From NCBI RefSeq assembly GCF_009914755.1, contig NC_060927.1: a DNA stretch of 64,000 nucleotides. One strand, written 5' to 3'. Numbering within the stretch: position 1 is the first letter of the stretch; each line of letters opens with the position of its first letter. Made by a program: the position numbers and the translations under genes. The notes below the pieces were generated by a model. It saw nothing but the letters and a program-made list of their open reading frames with translations, was not told the DNA's origin and did not search any database. The stretch comes from the human T2T-CHM13v2.0 reference genome, Homo sapiens. Shown here piece by piece: positions 1-11,729 of the stretch.

Positions 1-2493
1 TTATGAATCTGGGTGCTCCTGTATTGGGTGCATATATATTTAGGATAGTTAGCTCTTCTTGTTGAATTGATCCCTTTAGCATTATGTAATGGCCTTCTTT
101 GTCTCTTTTGATCTTTGTTGGTTTAAAGTCTGTTTTATCAGAGACTAGGATTACAACCCCTGCCTTTTTTTGTTTTCCATTTGCTTGGTAGATCTTCCTC
201 CACCCTTTTATTTTGAGCCTATGTGTGTCTCTGCACGTGAGATGGCTTTCCTGAATACAGCACACTGATGGGTCTTCACTCTTTATCCAATTTGCCAGTC
301 TGTGTCTTTTAATTGGAGGATTTAGTCCATTTACATTTAAAGTTAATATTGTTATGTGTGAATTTGGTCCTGTCATTATGATGTTAGCTCGTTATTTTGC
401 TCATTAGTTGATGCAGTTTCTTCCTAGTCTTGATGGTCTTTACATTTTGGCATGATTTTGCAGCGGCTGGTACCAGTTGTTCCTTTCCATGTTTAGTGCT
501 TCCTTCAGGAGCTCTTTTAGGGCAGGCCTGGTGGTGACAAAATCTCTCAGCATTTGCTTGTCTGTAAAGTATTTTATTTCTCCTTCACTTATGAAGCTTA
601 GTTTGGCTGGATATGAAATTCTGGGTTGAAAATTCTTTTCTTTAAGAATGTTGAATATTGGCCCCCACTCTCTTCTGGCTTGTAGAGTTTCTGCCAAGAG
701 ATCCGCTATTAGTCTGATGGGCTTCCCTTTGTGGGTAACCCGACCTTTCTCTCTGGCTGCCCTTAACATTTTTTCCTTCATTTCAACTTTGGTGAATCTG
801 ACAATTATGTGTCTTGGAGTTGCTCTTCTCGAGGAGTATCTTTATGGCGTTCTCTGTATTTCCTGTATCTGAATGTTGGCCTGCCTTGCTAGATTGGGGA
901 AGTTCTCCTGGATAATATCCTGCAGAGTGTTTTCCAACTTGGTTCCATTCTCCCCATCACTTTCAGGTACACCAATCAGACGTAGATTTGGTCTTTCCAC
1001 ATAGACCCATATTTCTTGGAGGCTTTGTTCGTTTCTTTTTATTCTTTTTTCTCTAAACTTCCCTTCTTGCTTCATTTCATTCATTTCATCTTCCATCACT
1101 GATACCCTTTCTTCCAGTTGATCGCATCAGCTCCTGAGGCTTCTGCATTCTTCACGTAGTTCTTGAGCCTTGGCTTTCAGCTCCATCAGTTCCTTTAAGC
1201 ACTTCTCTGTATTGGTTATTCTAGTCATATATTCATCTAAATTTTTTTCAAAGTTTTCAACTTCTTTGCCTTTGGTTTGAATTTCCTCCTGTAGGTTGGA
1301 GTAGTTTGATCATCTGAAGCCTTCTTCTCTCAACTCGTCAAAGTCATTCTCCGTCCAGCTTTGTTCGGTTGCTGGTGAGGAACTGCGTTCCTTTGGAGGA
1401 GGAGAGGCGCTCTGCTTTTTAGAGTTTCCAGTTTTTCTGCTCTGTTGTTTCCCCATCTTTGTGGTTTTATCTACTTTTGGTCTTTGATGATGGTGATGTA
1501 CAGATGGGTTTTTGGTGTGGATGTTCTTTCTGTTTGTTAGTTTTCCTTCTAACAGACAGGACCCTCAACTGCAGGACTGTTGGAGTTTGCTAGAGGTCCA
1601 CTCCAGACCCTGTTTGCCTGGGTATCAGCAGCGGTGCCTGCAGACCAGCGGATTTTCGTGAACCACGAATGCTGCTGTCTGATCGTTCCTCTGGAAGTTT
1701 TGTCTCAGAGGAGTACCCAGCTGTGTGAGGTGTCAGTCTGCCCCCACTGGGTGGTGCCTCCCAGTTAGGCTGCTCGGGGGTCAGGGGTCTGGGACCCACT
1801 TGAGGAGGCAGTCTGCCCATTCTCAGATCTCAAGCTGCGTACTGGGAGAACCACTGCTCTCTTCAAAGCTGTCAGACAGGGACATTTAAGACTGCAGAGG
1901 CTACTGCTGTCTTTTTGTTTGTCTGTGCCCTGCCCCCAGAGGTGGAGCCTACAGAGGCAGGCAGGCCTCCTTGAGCTGTGGTGGGCTCCACCCAGCTCGA
2001 GCTTCCCGCCTGCTTTGTTTACTTAAGCAAGCCTGGGCAATGGTGGGCGCCCCTCCCCCAGCCTCTCTGCCACCTTGCAGTTTGATCTCAGAGTGTTGTG
2101 CTAGCAATCAGCGAGACTCTGTGGGCGTAGGACCCTCCGAGCCATGTGCGGGATATAATCTCCTGGTGTGCCGTTTCCTAAGCCTGTTGGAAAAGCGCAG
2201 TATTTGGGTGGGAGTGACCCGATTTTCCAGGTGCCGTCTGTCACCCCTTTCCTTGACCAGGAAAGGGAACTCCCTGACCCCTTGTGCTTCCCGAGTGAGG
2301 CAATGCCTTGCCCTGCTTTGGCTCGTGCATGGTACGCTGCACCCACTGTCCTGCGCCCACTGTCTGGCACTCCCTAGTAAGATGAACCCAGTACCTCAGA
2401 TGGAAATGCAGAAATCACCTGTCTTCTGTGTCGCTCACACTGGGAGCTGTAGACCGGAGCTGTTCCTATTCGGCCATCTTGGCTCCTCCCCCC
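1..2493 (-). mobile_element. L1PA (about L1PA4/5) 5' part: 5'UTR, ORF1 and start of ORF2; runs off the left edge
   Basis: Reverse complement of GGAGGAGCCAAGATGGCCGAATAGGAACAGCTCC ends at about 2493. ORF1 spans 1456-440 (1017 nt, canonical length, in-frame stops; peptides MKEKMLRAAREKG.. and KRNEQSLQEIW..). ORF2 ATG is at about 376. The 129-bp 5'UTR segment lost in L1PA3/L1HS is retained. Confidence 0.95.
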
Positions 2494-5400
2494 ATATGTC
2501 CTGCATTTTCTTTATCCATTCATCTGTTGATGAACACACAGTGTATTAGTCCATTCTCACATTGCTATAAAGAACTACCTGAGTCTGGGTAATTTATAAA
2601 GAAAAGAGCTTCAGTTTGCTCACAGTTCTGCAGGATGTACAGAAAGCATGGCAGAGGAGGCCTCAGGAAACTTACAATCATGACAGAAAGTGAAGAGGAA
2701 GCAGACATGTCCTACATGGCTAGAGAAGGAGGAAGAGAACAAAGGGGGAGGTGCTACACACTTTTAAACAACCATATCTCATGAGGTCTCTCAGATGTCA
2801 CTACCATGAGAACAGCAAGAGAGAAGTCTGCCCCACGATCCAATTACATCCCACCAGGCACCTCCTCTAACACTGGGGATTATAATTTGACATGAGATTT
2901 GGGTGGGGACAGAAATACAAAACATATCATTCCACCCCTGGCCCCTCCCAAATCTCATTTTCTTCTCCCATTTCATAATACAATTATGCCTTCCCAATAG
3001 TCCCCCAAAGTCTTAACTCATTCCAGCATTAACTCAGAAGTCCACAGTCCAAAGTCTCATCTGAGACAAGGCAAGTCCCTAACTCAAAACCAGTTAGTTA
3101 TTTACAAGATACAATGAGGATATGGGCATTGGAAAAATACTCCTGTTCCAAAAGGAAGAGATTGGCCAAAACAAAGGAGCTACAGGTCCCATGGAAGTCC
3201 AAAACCCAGGATGACACTCATTAAATCTTAAAGCTTCAAAATAACCTCCTTTGACTCCCTGTCTCACATCCAGGCCATGTTGATGCAACAGGTGGGCTCC
3301 CAAGGCCTCGGGCAGCTCCACCCCTGTGGCTCTGCAAGGTACAGCCCCCATGACTGCTTTCAGAGGCTAGGGTGGAGTGCCTGCAGCTTTTCTAGGCACA
3401 TGGTGCAAGCTGTCGATGGATCTACCATTCTGGGGTGTGGAGGATGGTGACCCTCTTCTCACAGCTCCACTAGGCAGTGCCCCAGTGGGGACTCTGTGTG
3501 AGGTCTCAAACCCCACATTTCCCCTCTGCACTGCCCTAGTAGAGGTTCTCCATGAGGGCTCTGCCCCTGCAGCAGACTTCTGTCTGGATATCCAGGTATT
3601 TCCATACGTCCTCTGAAATCTAAGCGGAGGTTCCCAAGCCTCAACTCTTAGCCTCTGCACACCCACAGGCTTAACACCATGTGGAAACCACCAAGGCTTA
3701 CAGATTGCATCCTTTGAAGCAGTGACCTGAGACATATCTGGGGCCCTTTTAGCTACAGCTGGAGCTGCAGCAGCTAGGATGCAAGGAGCAGTGTCCTGAT
3801 GTGGTACAGGGCAGCAGGGCCCTGGGCCCAGCCCATGGCCCATGAAACCTAAGCCTCCAGGCCTGTGATGGGAGGGGCTGCTGCAAAGGTATCTAAAATG
3901 CCTTCAAGGCATTTTCCCCATTGTCTTGGCTATTGACATTTGTCTCCTCCTTACTTATGCAAATTTCTGCAGCCAGCTTGAATTCGTCCCCAGAAAATGG
4001 GTTTTTCCTTTTTGCCACATGGCCAAGCTGCAAATTTTCCAAACTTTTATACTCTGTTACCCTTTTAAATATAAGTTCTAATTCCAGGTCATTTCTTTGC
4101 TCACAAATATAAGCCTAGGCTGCTAGAAGTAGCCAGTTCACTCTTGAACATTTTGTCACTTAGAAATTTCTTCCGCCAGACGCCCTAAATCATCCTTCTC
4201 AAGGTCAAAGTTCCACAGATCCCTAGGGCAGAGGCACAATGCCTCCAACCTCTTTGATAACACATAACAAAAGTGATCTTTGCTACAGTTCCCAATAAGT
4301 TCCTCGTTTCCTTCTGAGACCACCTCAGCCTGGACTTCCTTGTCCTTTTCACTATCAGCATTTTGGTTACAATAGTTTAACAAGTCTCTAGGAAGTTCCA
4401 AACTTTCCCTCATCTTCTTGTCTTTTTCTGAGCCCTCCCAAATGTTCTAACTTTTGCCTGTTACCCAGTTTCAAAGTTGCTTCCACATTTTCAGGTATCT
4501 TTATAGCAATGCCCCACTCTTAGGTACCAATTTTCTGTATTAGTTCATTCTCGCATTGCTATCAAGAAGTACCTAACACTGGGTAATTTATAGAGAGGTT
4601 TAATTGCCTCACAGTTCCATAGGCTGTACAGGAAACATGGCTGGGGAGGCCTCAGGAAACTTATAATCATGATGGAAGGCAAAGGGGAAGCAGACATGTC
4701 CTACATGGCTGGAGCAGGAGGAAGAGAGTAAAGGGGGAGGTGCTACACACTTTAAAATAACCAGATCTCACTCACTATCACAAGAACAGTAAGGAAGAAG
4801 CCCATCCCCATGGTTCAATCATCAACACCAGGTCCCTCCTTGAACATTGGGGTTACAATTCAATATGAGATTTGGGTGAGGACACAAATCCAAACCATAT
4901 CCCTCAGGTTGCTTCCAAATATTGGCTATTGTAAATAGTGCTGCAATAAACATGAAAGTGCAGCTATCTCTTTGATACATTGGGTTTCCTTGCTTTGGGG
5001 TATATACCTAGCAGTGGGATTACTGGATCATAAGGTAGCACTATTTTTAGTTTTTTGAGGAACCTCCAAACCTTTCTCCATAGTGGGTGTACTAATTTAC
5101 AGTCCCACCAACAGGGTACAAGGGTTCCCTTTTCCTCACATCCTTGGCAGCATTTGTTAATTGCCTGTCTTTTGGATAAAAGCCATTTTAACTGAGGTGA
5201 GATGATATCTCATTGAAGTTTTGATTTGCATTTCTCTGATGATCAATTATGTTGAGCACCTTTTCATATACCTGTTTGCCATTTGTATGTCTTCTTTTGA
5301 GAAATGTCTATTCAGATTGTTTGCCCATTTTTAACTGCATTATCAGATTTTTTCCTATAGAGTTGTTTGGGTCCCTTATATAATCTGGTAACTAATCCCT

Positions 5401-5512
5401 TGTTAGATGAATAGTTGCAAATATTTTCTCTCATTCTGTGGGTTGTCTCTTCACTTCGTTGACTGTTTCCTTTTCGGTGAAGCTTTTTAATTTAATATAA
5501 TCCCATATGTCC
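2494..5512 (-). mobile_element. Older L1 (L1MA/L1PB-type) ORF2 3' fragment, interrupted by the MST provirus
   Basis: Antisense L1 3' motifs (ttctttatccattcatctgttgatg...aggttgcttccaaatattggctattgtaaatagtgctgc) are continuous across the MST insertion. Confidence 0.8.
2542..4902 (-). mobile_element. Full-length MaLR provirus, MST family (LTR 2542-2929, internal 2930-4535, LTR 4536-4902)
   Basis: Both LTRs begin tgtattagt(c/t)cattctc and end ...aa(a/c)catatc. The internal region is MST/THE1-int-like. 5-bp TSD cacag/ctcag. Confidence 0.9.
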
Positions 5513-5784
5513 AAAAATAGAGAAATCTTAACTAATAAATGTACAATCTATATAATCTTCTAAAATGAGGTGATAAAAAAATTAGTGGTTTACCATTTGG
5601 TGTCTGCTGATTCCCTCAAAAATTTATAAAAGTGGTGCAAAACTTTATTTGCTATCACAAAAGCCTTAGGAAAACATTTTAAGTCTTAAGATTATATAAT
5701 TAAGGTCCTACTTCTGAAATGACAAAACGAGGAGCTTTGTGAATTTACTCTACCTCTAAACAATAAAAATATGAGCCAAACAAC

Positions 5785-6200
5785 TGTCATGGTTAATTTT
5801 GTTTTTCACTTAATTGCACAACAGAGTGCTCAGATAAAACATTATTTCTGGGTGTGTCTGGAAGGGTGTTTCTAGATGAGATTAGCATTTGAATTGGTGG
5901 ACTCAGTAATGTAAATTATCCTTCCCAATACAGGTGGGCATCATGCAATCCATTGAGGTCCTGAACAGAACAAAAAGGCAGAAGATGAAGGAATATGCTC
6001 TTTTTTTTTCCTGCCTGCCTGCTTGAGCTGAAATATTGGTCTTTTGCTCTTGGACTGGAATTTATACCACTGGCTCCCCTGGTTCTCAGGCCTTTGAACT
6101 CAGACTGGAATTATACCACTGGATGTCCTAGGTCTCCAACTTGCAAACAGCAGATCATGATATTACTCAACCTTCATAATCACATAAGCCAATTCCTCAC
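5785..6200 (+). mobile_element. MLT2-type (ERVL) LTR fragment
   Basis: Starts tgtcatggttaatttt and contains attatttctgggtgtgtctg..gagattagcatttgaattggtggactcagta, typical of MLT2. Confidence 0.75.
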
Positions 6201-6204
6201 TATA

Positions 6205-6910
6205 TGTAAAATCACCTTTGCAGAAATTATATCAGTGAAAAAATTATTACAGTAAACTAAGCTAAGCTAACCCCCATCTTGCCTTTCCTTTATTATTCCT
6301 GGCATATTGGGCCATGCTAACTTTGGAAGACATTCAGGCTACAGTTTAAATGATAATAGACATTGCCCAAAACTCAACTGCTTTTGTAAAGCTAATAGGA
6401 AGCCATCAGGCTAAAGGGAGGAGAGGAGCCTGAGTCCTGCTAAGGTGCAGACATTATTCCAGAGCTTATAAGATATGCAAATTCACCAATTACTCTTGCA
6501 AATAACACCATTATGGTAGATTGGCCTTTTGAGATATCTTTCCAGAATTTTTTGCATATCTGACACCCATGTCTCCGCCTGGACCTGATGGCTCTACCTG
6601 AACCGACAACCCCACTCCTGTAGCCCCACCCAGAAGTGATTTGGCCTGCAGGAGGAAAGCTTTGACCCCCATGATTTCATCTCTGCCCCAGCCAATCAGC
6701 AGCAAGCACCTGGTACCTGGCCACCCCCACCCCTTTTCCCAAACTGTCCTTGAAAAACCCCTAACATATGGGCTTTGAATGAGATTATTTGAGTACAAAC
6801 TTCATCTCGCACATAACATGTCCAGCTCATGTCTATTAAACTCTTTCTCTGCTACAATTTCATGGTCTCTCTTTATGCAATGGGCAGGAAGAACCCCTCA
6901 GATGATTACA
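6205..6910 (+). mobile_element. ERV1-class solo LTR (MER4 group, LTR8/MER50-like)
   Basis: TG..CA ends (tgtaaaatcacctttgc...gatgattaca), CCAAT box, ATTAAA in the R region. Subfamily uncertain. Confidence 0.7.
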
Positions 6911-6987
6911 CATGGAGGTCAAAACACAAACTGGAAGTTATCAAAAAAAAAAAAACTACTCAATCTTGGTAAGATGGGGGAGGGGGT

Positions 6988-9276
6988 TGTATTAGTCTGT
7001 TTTCATCGTGCTGATAAAGACATACCCCAAAACTAGGTAATTTATACAGGAAAAGGGGTTTAATGGACTTACAGTTCCACTGGCTGGGGATGCCTCACAA
7101 TAATGAAGGAAGGCAAGGAGGAGCAACTCACCTCTTACATGGATGGCAGCAGGCAAAGAGAGCTTGTGCAGGGAAACACCTCTTTTTAAAATCATCAGAT
7201 CTCCTAAGACTTATTCACTATCACAAGAACAGCACAGGAAAGACCTGCCCCCCATGATTCAATTATCTCCTACCAGGTCCCTCCCACGACACATGGAAAT
7301 TCAAGATGAGATTTGGGTGGAGACACAGCCAAACCATATAATTGTGCCCCTGGTCCCTCCAAAATCGCATGTCCAGACATTTCAAAACCAATCATGCCTT
7401 CCCAACAGTCCCCCAAAGTCTTAACTCATTTCAGCATTAACCCAAAGTCCACAGTCCAAAGTTTCATCTGAGACAAGGTTAGTCCCTTCCACCTATGAGC
7501 CTGTAAAATCAAAGGCAAGTTGGTTACTTCCTAGATACAATGAGGGTACAGGAATTGGGTAAATATTGCCATCCCAAATGGGAAAAATTGGCTAAAACAA
7601 AGGGGCTATAGGCCCTATGTAAGTCCAAAATCCAGCAGGGCAGTCAAATCTTAAAGCTCCAAAATGATCTCCTATGACTCCGTGTCTCACATCTGGGTCA
7701 CACTGATGCAAAAGGTGGGTTCCCATGGTCTTGGACAGCTCTGCCCTTGTGGCTTTCCAGGGTATAGCTTCCTTCCCGGCTGCTTTCACGGGCTGGCATT
7801 GAATGTCTGTGGCTTTTCCAGGTGCACAGTGCAAATTGTTGGTGGATCTAGCATTCTGGGGTCTGGAGGATGGTGGCCCTCTTCTCACAGCTCCACTTGG
7901 CAGTGCCCCAGTAGGGACTCTGTGTGGAGGCTCTGACCCCACATTTCCCTTCTGCATTGCCCTAGCAAAGGTTCTCCAAGAGGGCCCCATTCCTGCAGCA
8001 AACTGCTTCCTGGACTTCCAGGCATTTCCATACATCCTCTGAAATCTAGGTGGAGATTCCCAAACCCCAATTCTTGACTTCTGTGCACTAACGGGCTCAA
8101 CACCACATGGAAGTTGCCAAGGCTTGAGGCTAGCATCCTCTGAAGCCACGGCCTGAGCTCAACTTTGGTCCCTTTCAGCCACAGCTGGAGTGGCTGGGAT
8201 GCAAGGCACCAAGTCCCTAGGCTGCACACAGCACAGGAACCTTGGGCTCAGCCCACAAAATCATTTTTTCCTCCTAGGCCTCCAGGCCTCTGATGGGAGG
8301 GGCTGCCACAAAGGTCTCTGACATGCCCTGGAGACACTTTCCCCATTGTCTTAATGATTAACATTCAGCTCCTCATTACTTATGCAAATTTCTGCAGCCA
8401 GCTTGAATTTCTGCTCAGAAAAAAAATGGGATTTTCTTTTCTATCACATTGTCAGGCTGCAAATTTTCCAAACTTTTATGCCCTGTTTCTCTTTTAAAAT
8501 TGAATGACTTTGACAGCACCCAAGTCATCTCTTGAATGTTTTGCTGCTTAGAAACTTCTTCTGCCAGATACCCCTAAATCATCTCTCCCAAGTTTAAAGT
8601 TCCAAAAATCTCTAGGACAGGGGCAAAATGCCACCAGTCTCTGTGCTAAAATGTAACAAGAATCACCTTTGCTCCAGTTCCCAACAAGTTCCTCATCTCC
8701 AGCTGAGACCATCTCAGCCTGGATTTCATTGTCCATATCATTATTGGCATTTTAGTCAAAGCCATTCAACAAGTCTCTAAAAGATTCCAAACTTTCCCAC
8801 ATTTTCCTGTCTTCTTCTGAGCCCTCCAAACTCTTCCAACCTCTGCCTGTTACCCAGTTCCAAAGCCGCTTCCAAATTTTTGGGTATCTTTTCAGCAGCA
8901 CCTAATTCCTGGTACCAATTTACTGTATTAGTCCATTTTCATGCTGCTGATGAAGACATACCTGAGACTGGGTAATTTACACAGGAAAAAGAGTTTAAGG
9001 GACTTAAACTTCCACATGGCCAGGGAAGCCTCACAATCATGGAGGAAGGCAAGGAGGAGCAAGTCACATCTTACATGGATGGCAGCAGTCAAAGAGAGCT
9101 TGTGCAGGGAAACACCTCTTTTTAAAATCATCAAATCTCCTGAGACTTATTCACTATCACAAGAACAGCACAGGAAAGACCTGTCCCCATGATTCAATTA
9201 CCTCCTACCAGGTCCCTCCCACAACACATGGGAATTCAAGATGAGATTTGGGTGGGGACACAACCAAACGATATCA
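6988..9276 (-). mobile_element. Full-length THE1 MaLR provirus (LTR 6988-7341, internal 7342-8923, LTR 8924-9276)
   Basis: Paired LTRs tgtattagtc..gctgat(a/g)aagacatacc...aaac(c/g)atat(a/c)a, THE1-int body, TSD GGGT(T) on both sides. Confidence 0.92.
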
Positions 9277-9399
9277 GGGTTGTCTGTGATATTTTAAACT
9301 TGGGTCTATTCCCATGACTCCTCCCTCTCCAGCTCACTGGCAGAAGCCAAAAGCCAGCATCTTTGACTGCTTTTGGAATTCCATTACAAGAACCATCCC

Positions 9400-11729
9400 C
9401 AGAACACAGTCAATGTTTTGTCTGAACATGCATCTCCCAGAAAAATTTCAATTCTCAGAGTACGGTGACTACCTCACTCTGGTTCTCCTCAGAACTCAGC
9501 TTAGCAGGTGGGGGAGGGGGGTTATCCTCAGGCAATTATCAAAACAATAGCAAACTGCTGGCAACATTACAACTGCCTAAGGCTATCATGTTAGTTGGGG
9601 CAAAGAAGAGCCTGGCTTAGAATTTAAAAGAAAATTCTTGAATGACTTTGACAGCACCCAAGTCATCTCTTGAATGTTTTGCTGCTTAATCTAGTTCTCA
9701 AGAATTTGCTTAGGGAATTTTAAAAAGCTCAAACATATTCCTAAAATCTAAAAGACTGTGCACATGCCAAGGAAAGACCTGGCAAAGATGGCATCAGTCA
9801 TTCGTCTCTGACTGACCTTGAGGTCCTGTCCAAGCAGGGAATAAAGCAGTCTTAAAGTGCCTGACGGCTGGAGGCATGATATCTCACACAGAACCCTTTG
9901 GCAAAGCATGAAACACTACTGTCAAAACATTTAAGAAAATCTAACCAACTATCAGTTAGCCACTAAATTATACTAATCCAAGAGTGATCCCTAGAAAGCC
10001 AGGGCTTAAAAACAAAAGCAATAACTTAAAAAAATAAAAGCAGCAAAGAACTGTGGCCATACACTACAACACAGCAAGGAATCAGTGAAATGGCTTCTTT
10101 GTCTGGGGTATATACCCTGGTTCTTCGTCTTGGCTGAGAAAGAATTCAGAACATGGACACACATGAGGAGTGGATTTAGGAGTGGAAGGTTTAATAGGCA
10201 AAAAAGAAGAGAGAGAAAAAAGGTTTCCTCATGCTGAGAAAGCAAGTCTCCCAAGAAAAGGTCTCTGGTTTGCAGTGGAATGCAATCAATTGTGTACAGA
10301 GGCTTAAGAAGGTGGTGATTGATCTACATAGGGATCAGGGGATCAGTTTGACCAGGTGTGCCATTTACATAGCCCGTGAAAAGATTGGCCTCCCACCCTA
10401 ACCTTTTGTTATACAAATGTGGCTTCTACCTGGTGGGTCACCATGATACCTGTACAGGTTTTACCTGAAGGTTGCCATGACACCAGCACAAATGGTGACA
10501 AGGAAAAGAGGGCAGGAGACACCATATTGAATGTACCTGGCTTCCAGGTACAGCTGATGGAATTTACATATAAAAGATCCTAGTTTACGTAACTATGACT
10601 TACTCTTCAGGCTGCTTTCTGTTAGAGAAGAAATGGTTTGGGGTTGCTTTTTAATAAAGGAAAATTCTACTGAGAACTCTTTTACCCTTTCTAACTGCCT
10701 AAAACTAGTATCTTAATAACTCCTGTATTATCATGACCTATAGAATTAATACAGAAAAATCAAACAGACACAAATAAACAACAAGAAAAACCACAGCCAA
10801 AATGGCAATAATGACAAACCTTAGGGGATAGAAGAATCTGATATCAGAGTTGTTAAAATATATTTTCTAAAATGTCCAGCTTTCAATGAAAAATTATGAC
10901 ACTTATGAAAAAAACAGGAAAATATCACATGTACATTGAAAAAAGCAACTAATAGAAAATATCCATGAGGGGACCATTTTGGATTTAGCAGAAAAAGATG
11001 TTAAATTAGCTACTATTAATGTGTCCAAAGAGGTAAAGGAACCATGAGTAAAGAGCTAAAGGAAGCCAGGAGACTGTCTCAACAAATAAAGGATAGGAAT
11101 AATGAGATAAAAATTATTAACAGGAACCAAATGAAAATTCTGCAGCTGAGAAGTACAATAACTAAAATGAAAAATTTATTATAGTGTTTTAATAGCTGAT
11201 TAGAGCAGGCAGAAGAATTATCAAATTTAAAGATAGGTAGGTCAACTGAAATCATTCAGTCTGAGGAGAAGAAAGAAAAGAGAATGAAAAGAAGGGGAGC
11301 AGAGCCTCAGAGATATACAAGAAACTACCAAGTATACCGCATATGCAAAATAGAGGCCCAAGAAAAAGAGGAAAAAGAGAATGGGACTGAAAGAAAATTT
11401 GTGACTAAAAACTCTGAGTTGATAAACATAAATGAGTCTGTAAATCCAAAAAGCTCAATGAACTCCGAGTAGAATAAACTCAGAGATTTCCACCAAGACA
11501 TACTCAAGTCAAATGGAAAAAAGTCAAACACTAAGAGAGAATCCTGAAGGTGGCAAGAGAAAAACAACCTACCATGTACAAGGAATCCTCAACAAGATTA
11601 ATAGCTGACTTCTTATAAGAAACCATGGGGGCCAGAAGACAGAGGGATAAGATCTTCAAAGTGTTAAAAGAAAATGACAGTCAACTAAGAATTCTGTCCA
11701 AAGAATCTCTCATTTAAAAATGAAGAAGC
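9400..11729 (+). mobile_element. Ancient L1M (5' region and ORF1), outermost layer of the L1 nest; resumes at about 28909
   Basis: Degenerate ORF1 (..gagagaatcctgaaggtggcaagagaaaaaca..gctgacttc..gaaaccatgggggccagaagac..) breaks at ...tttaaaaatgaagaa. Left boundary approximate. Confidence 0.7.
10086..10730 (-). mobile_element. ERV1-class solo LTR
   Basis: About 645 bp with TG..CA-type ends, antisense ATTAAA (tttaat near 10191), 4-bp TSD tcag/tcat. Subfamily not assigned. Confidence 0.75.

Noticed and set aside
3094-8229. Several 80-185 aa ORFs in MST/THE1 internal regions
   Set aside because: Generic decayed MaLR internal frames, fragmented in both proviruses; no sign of domestication.
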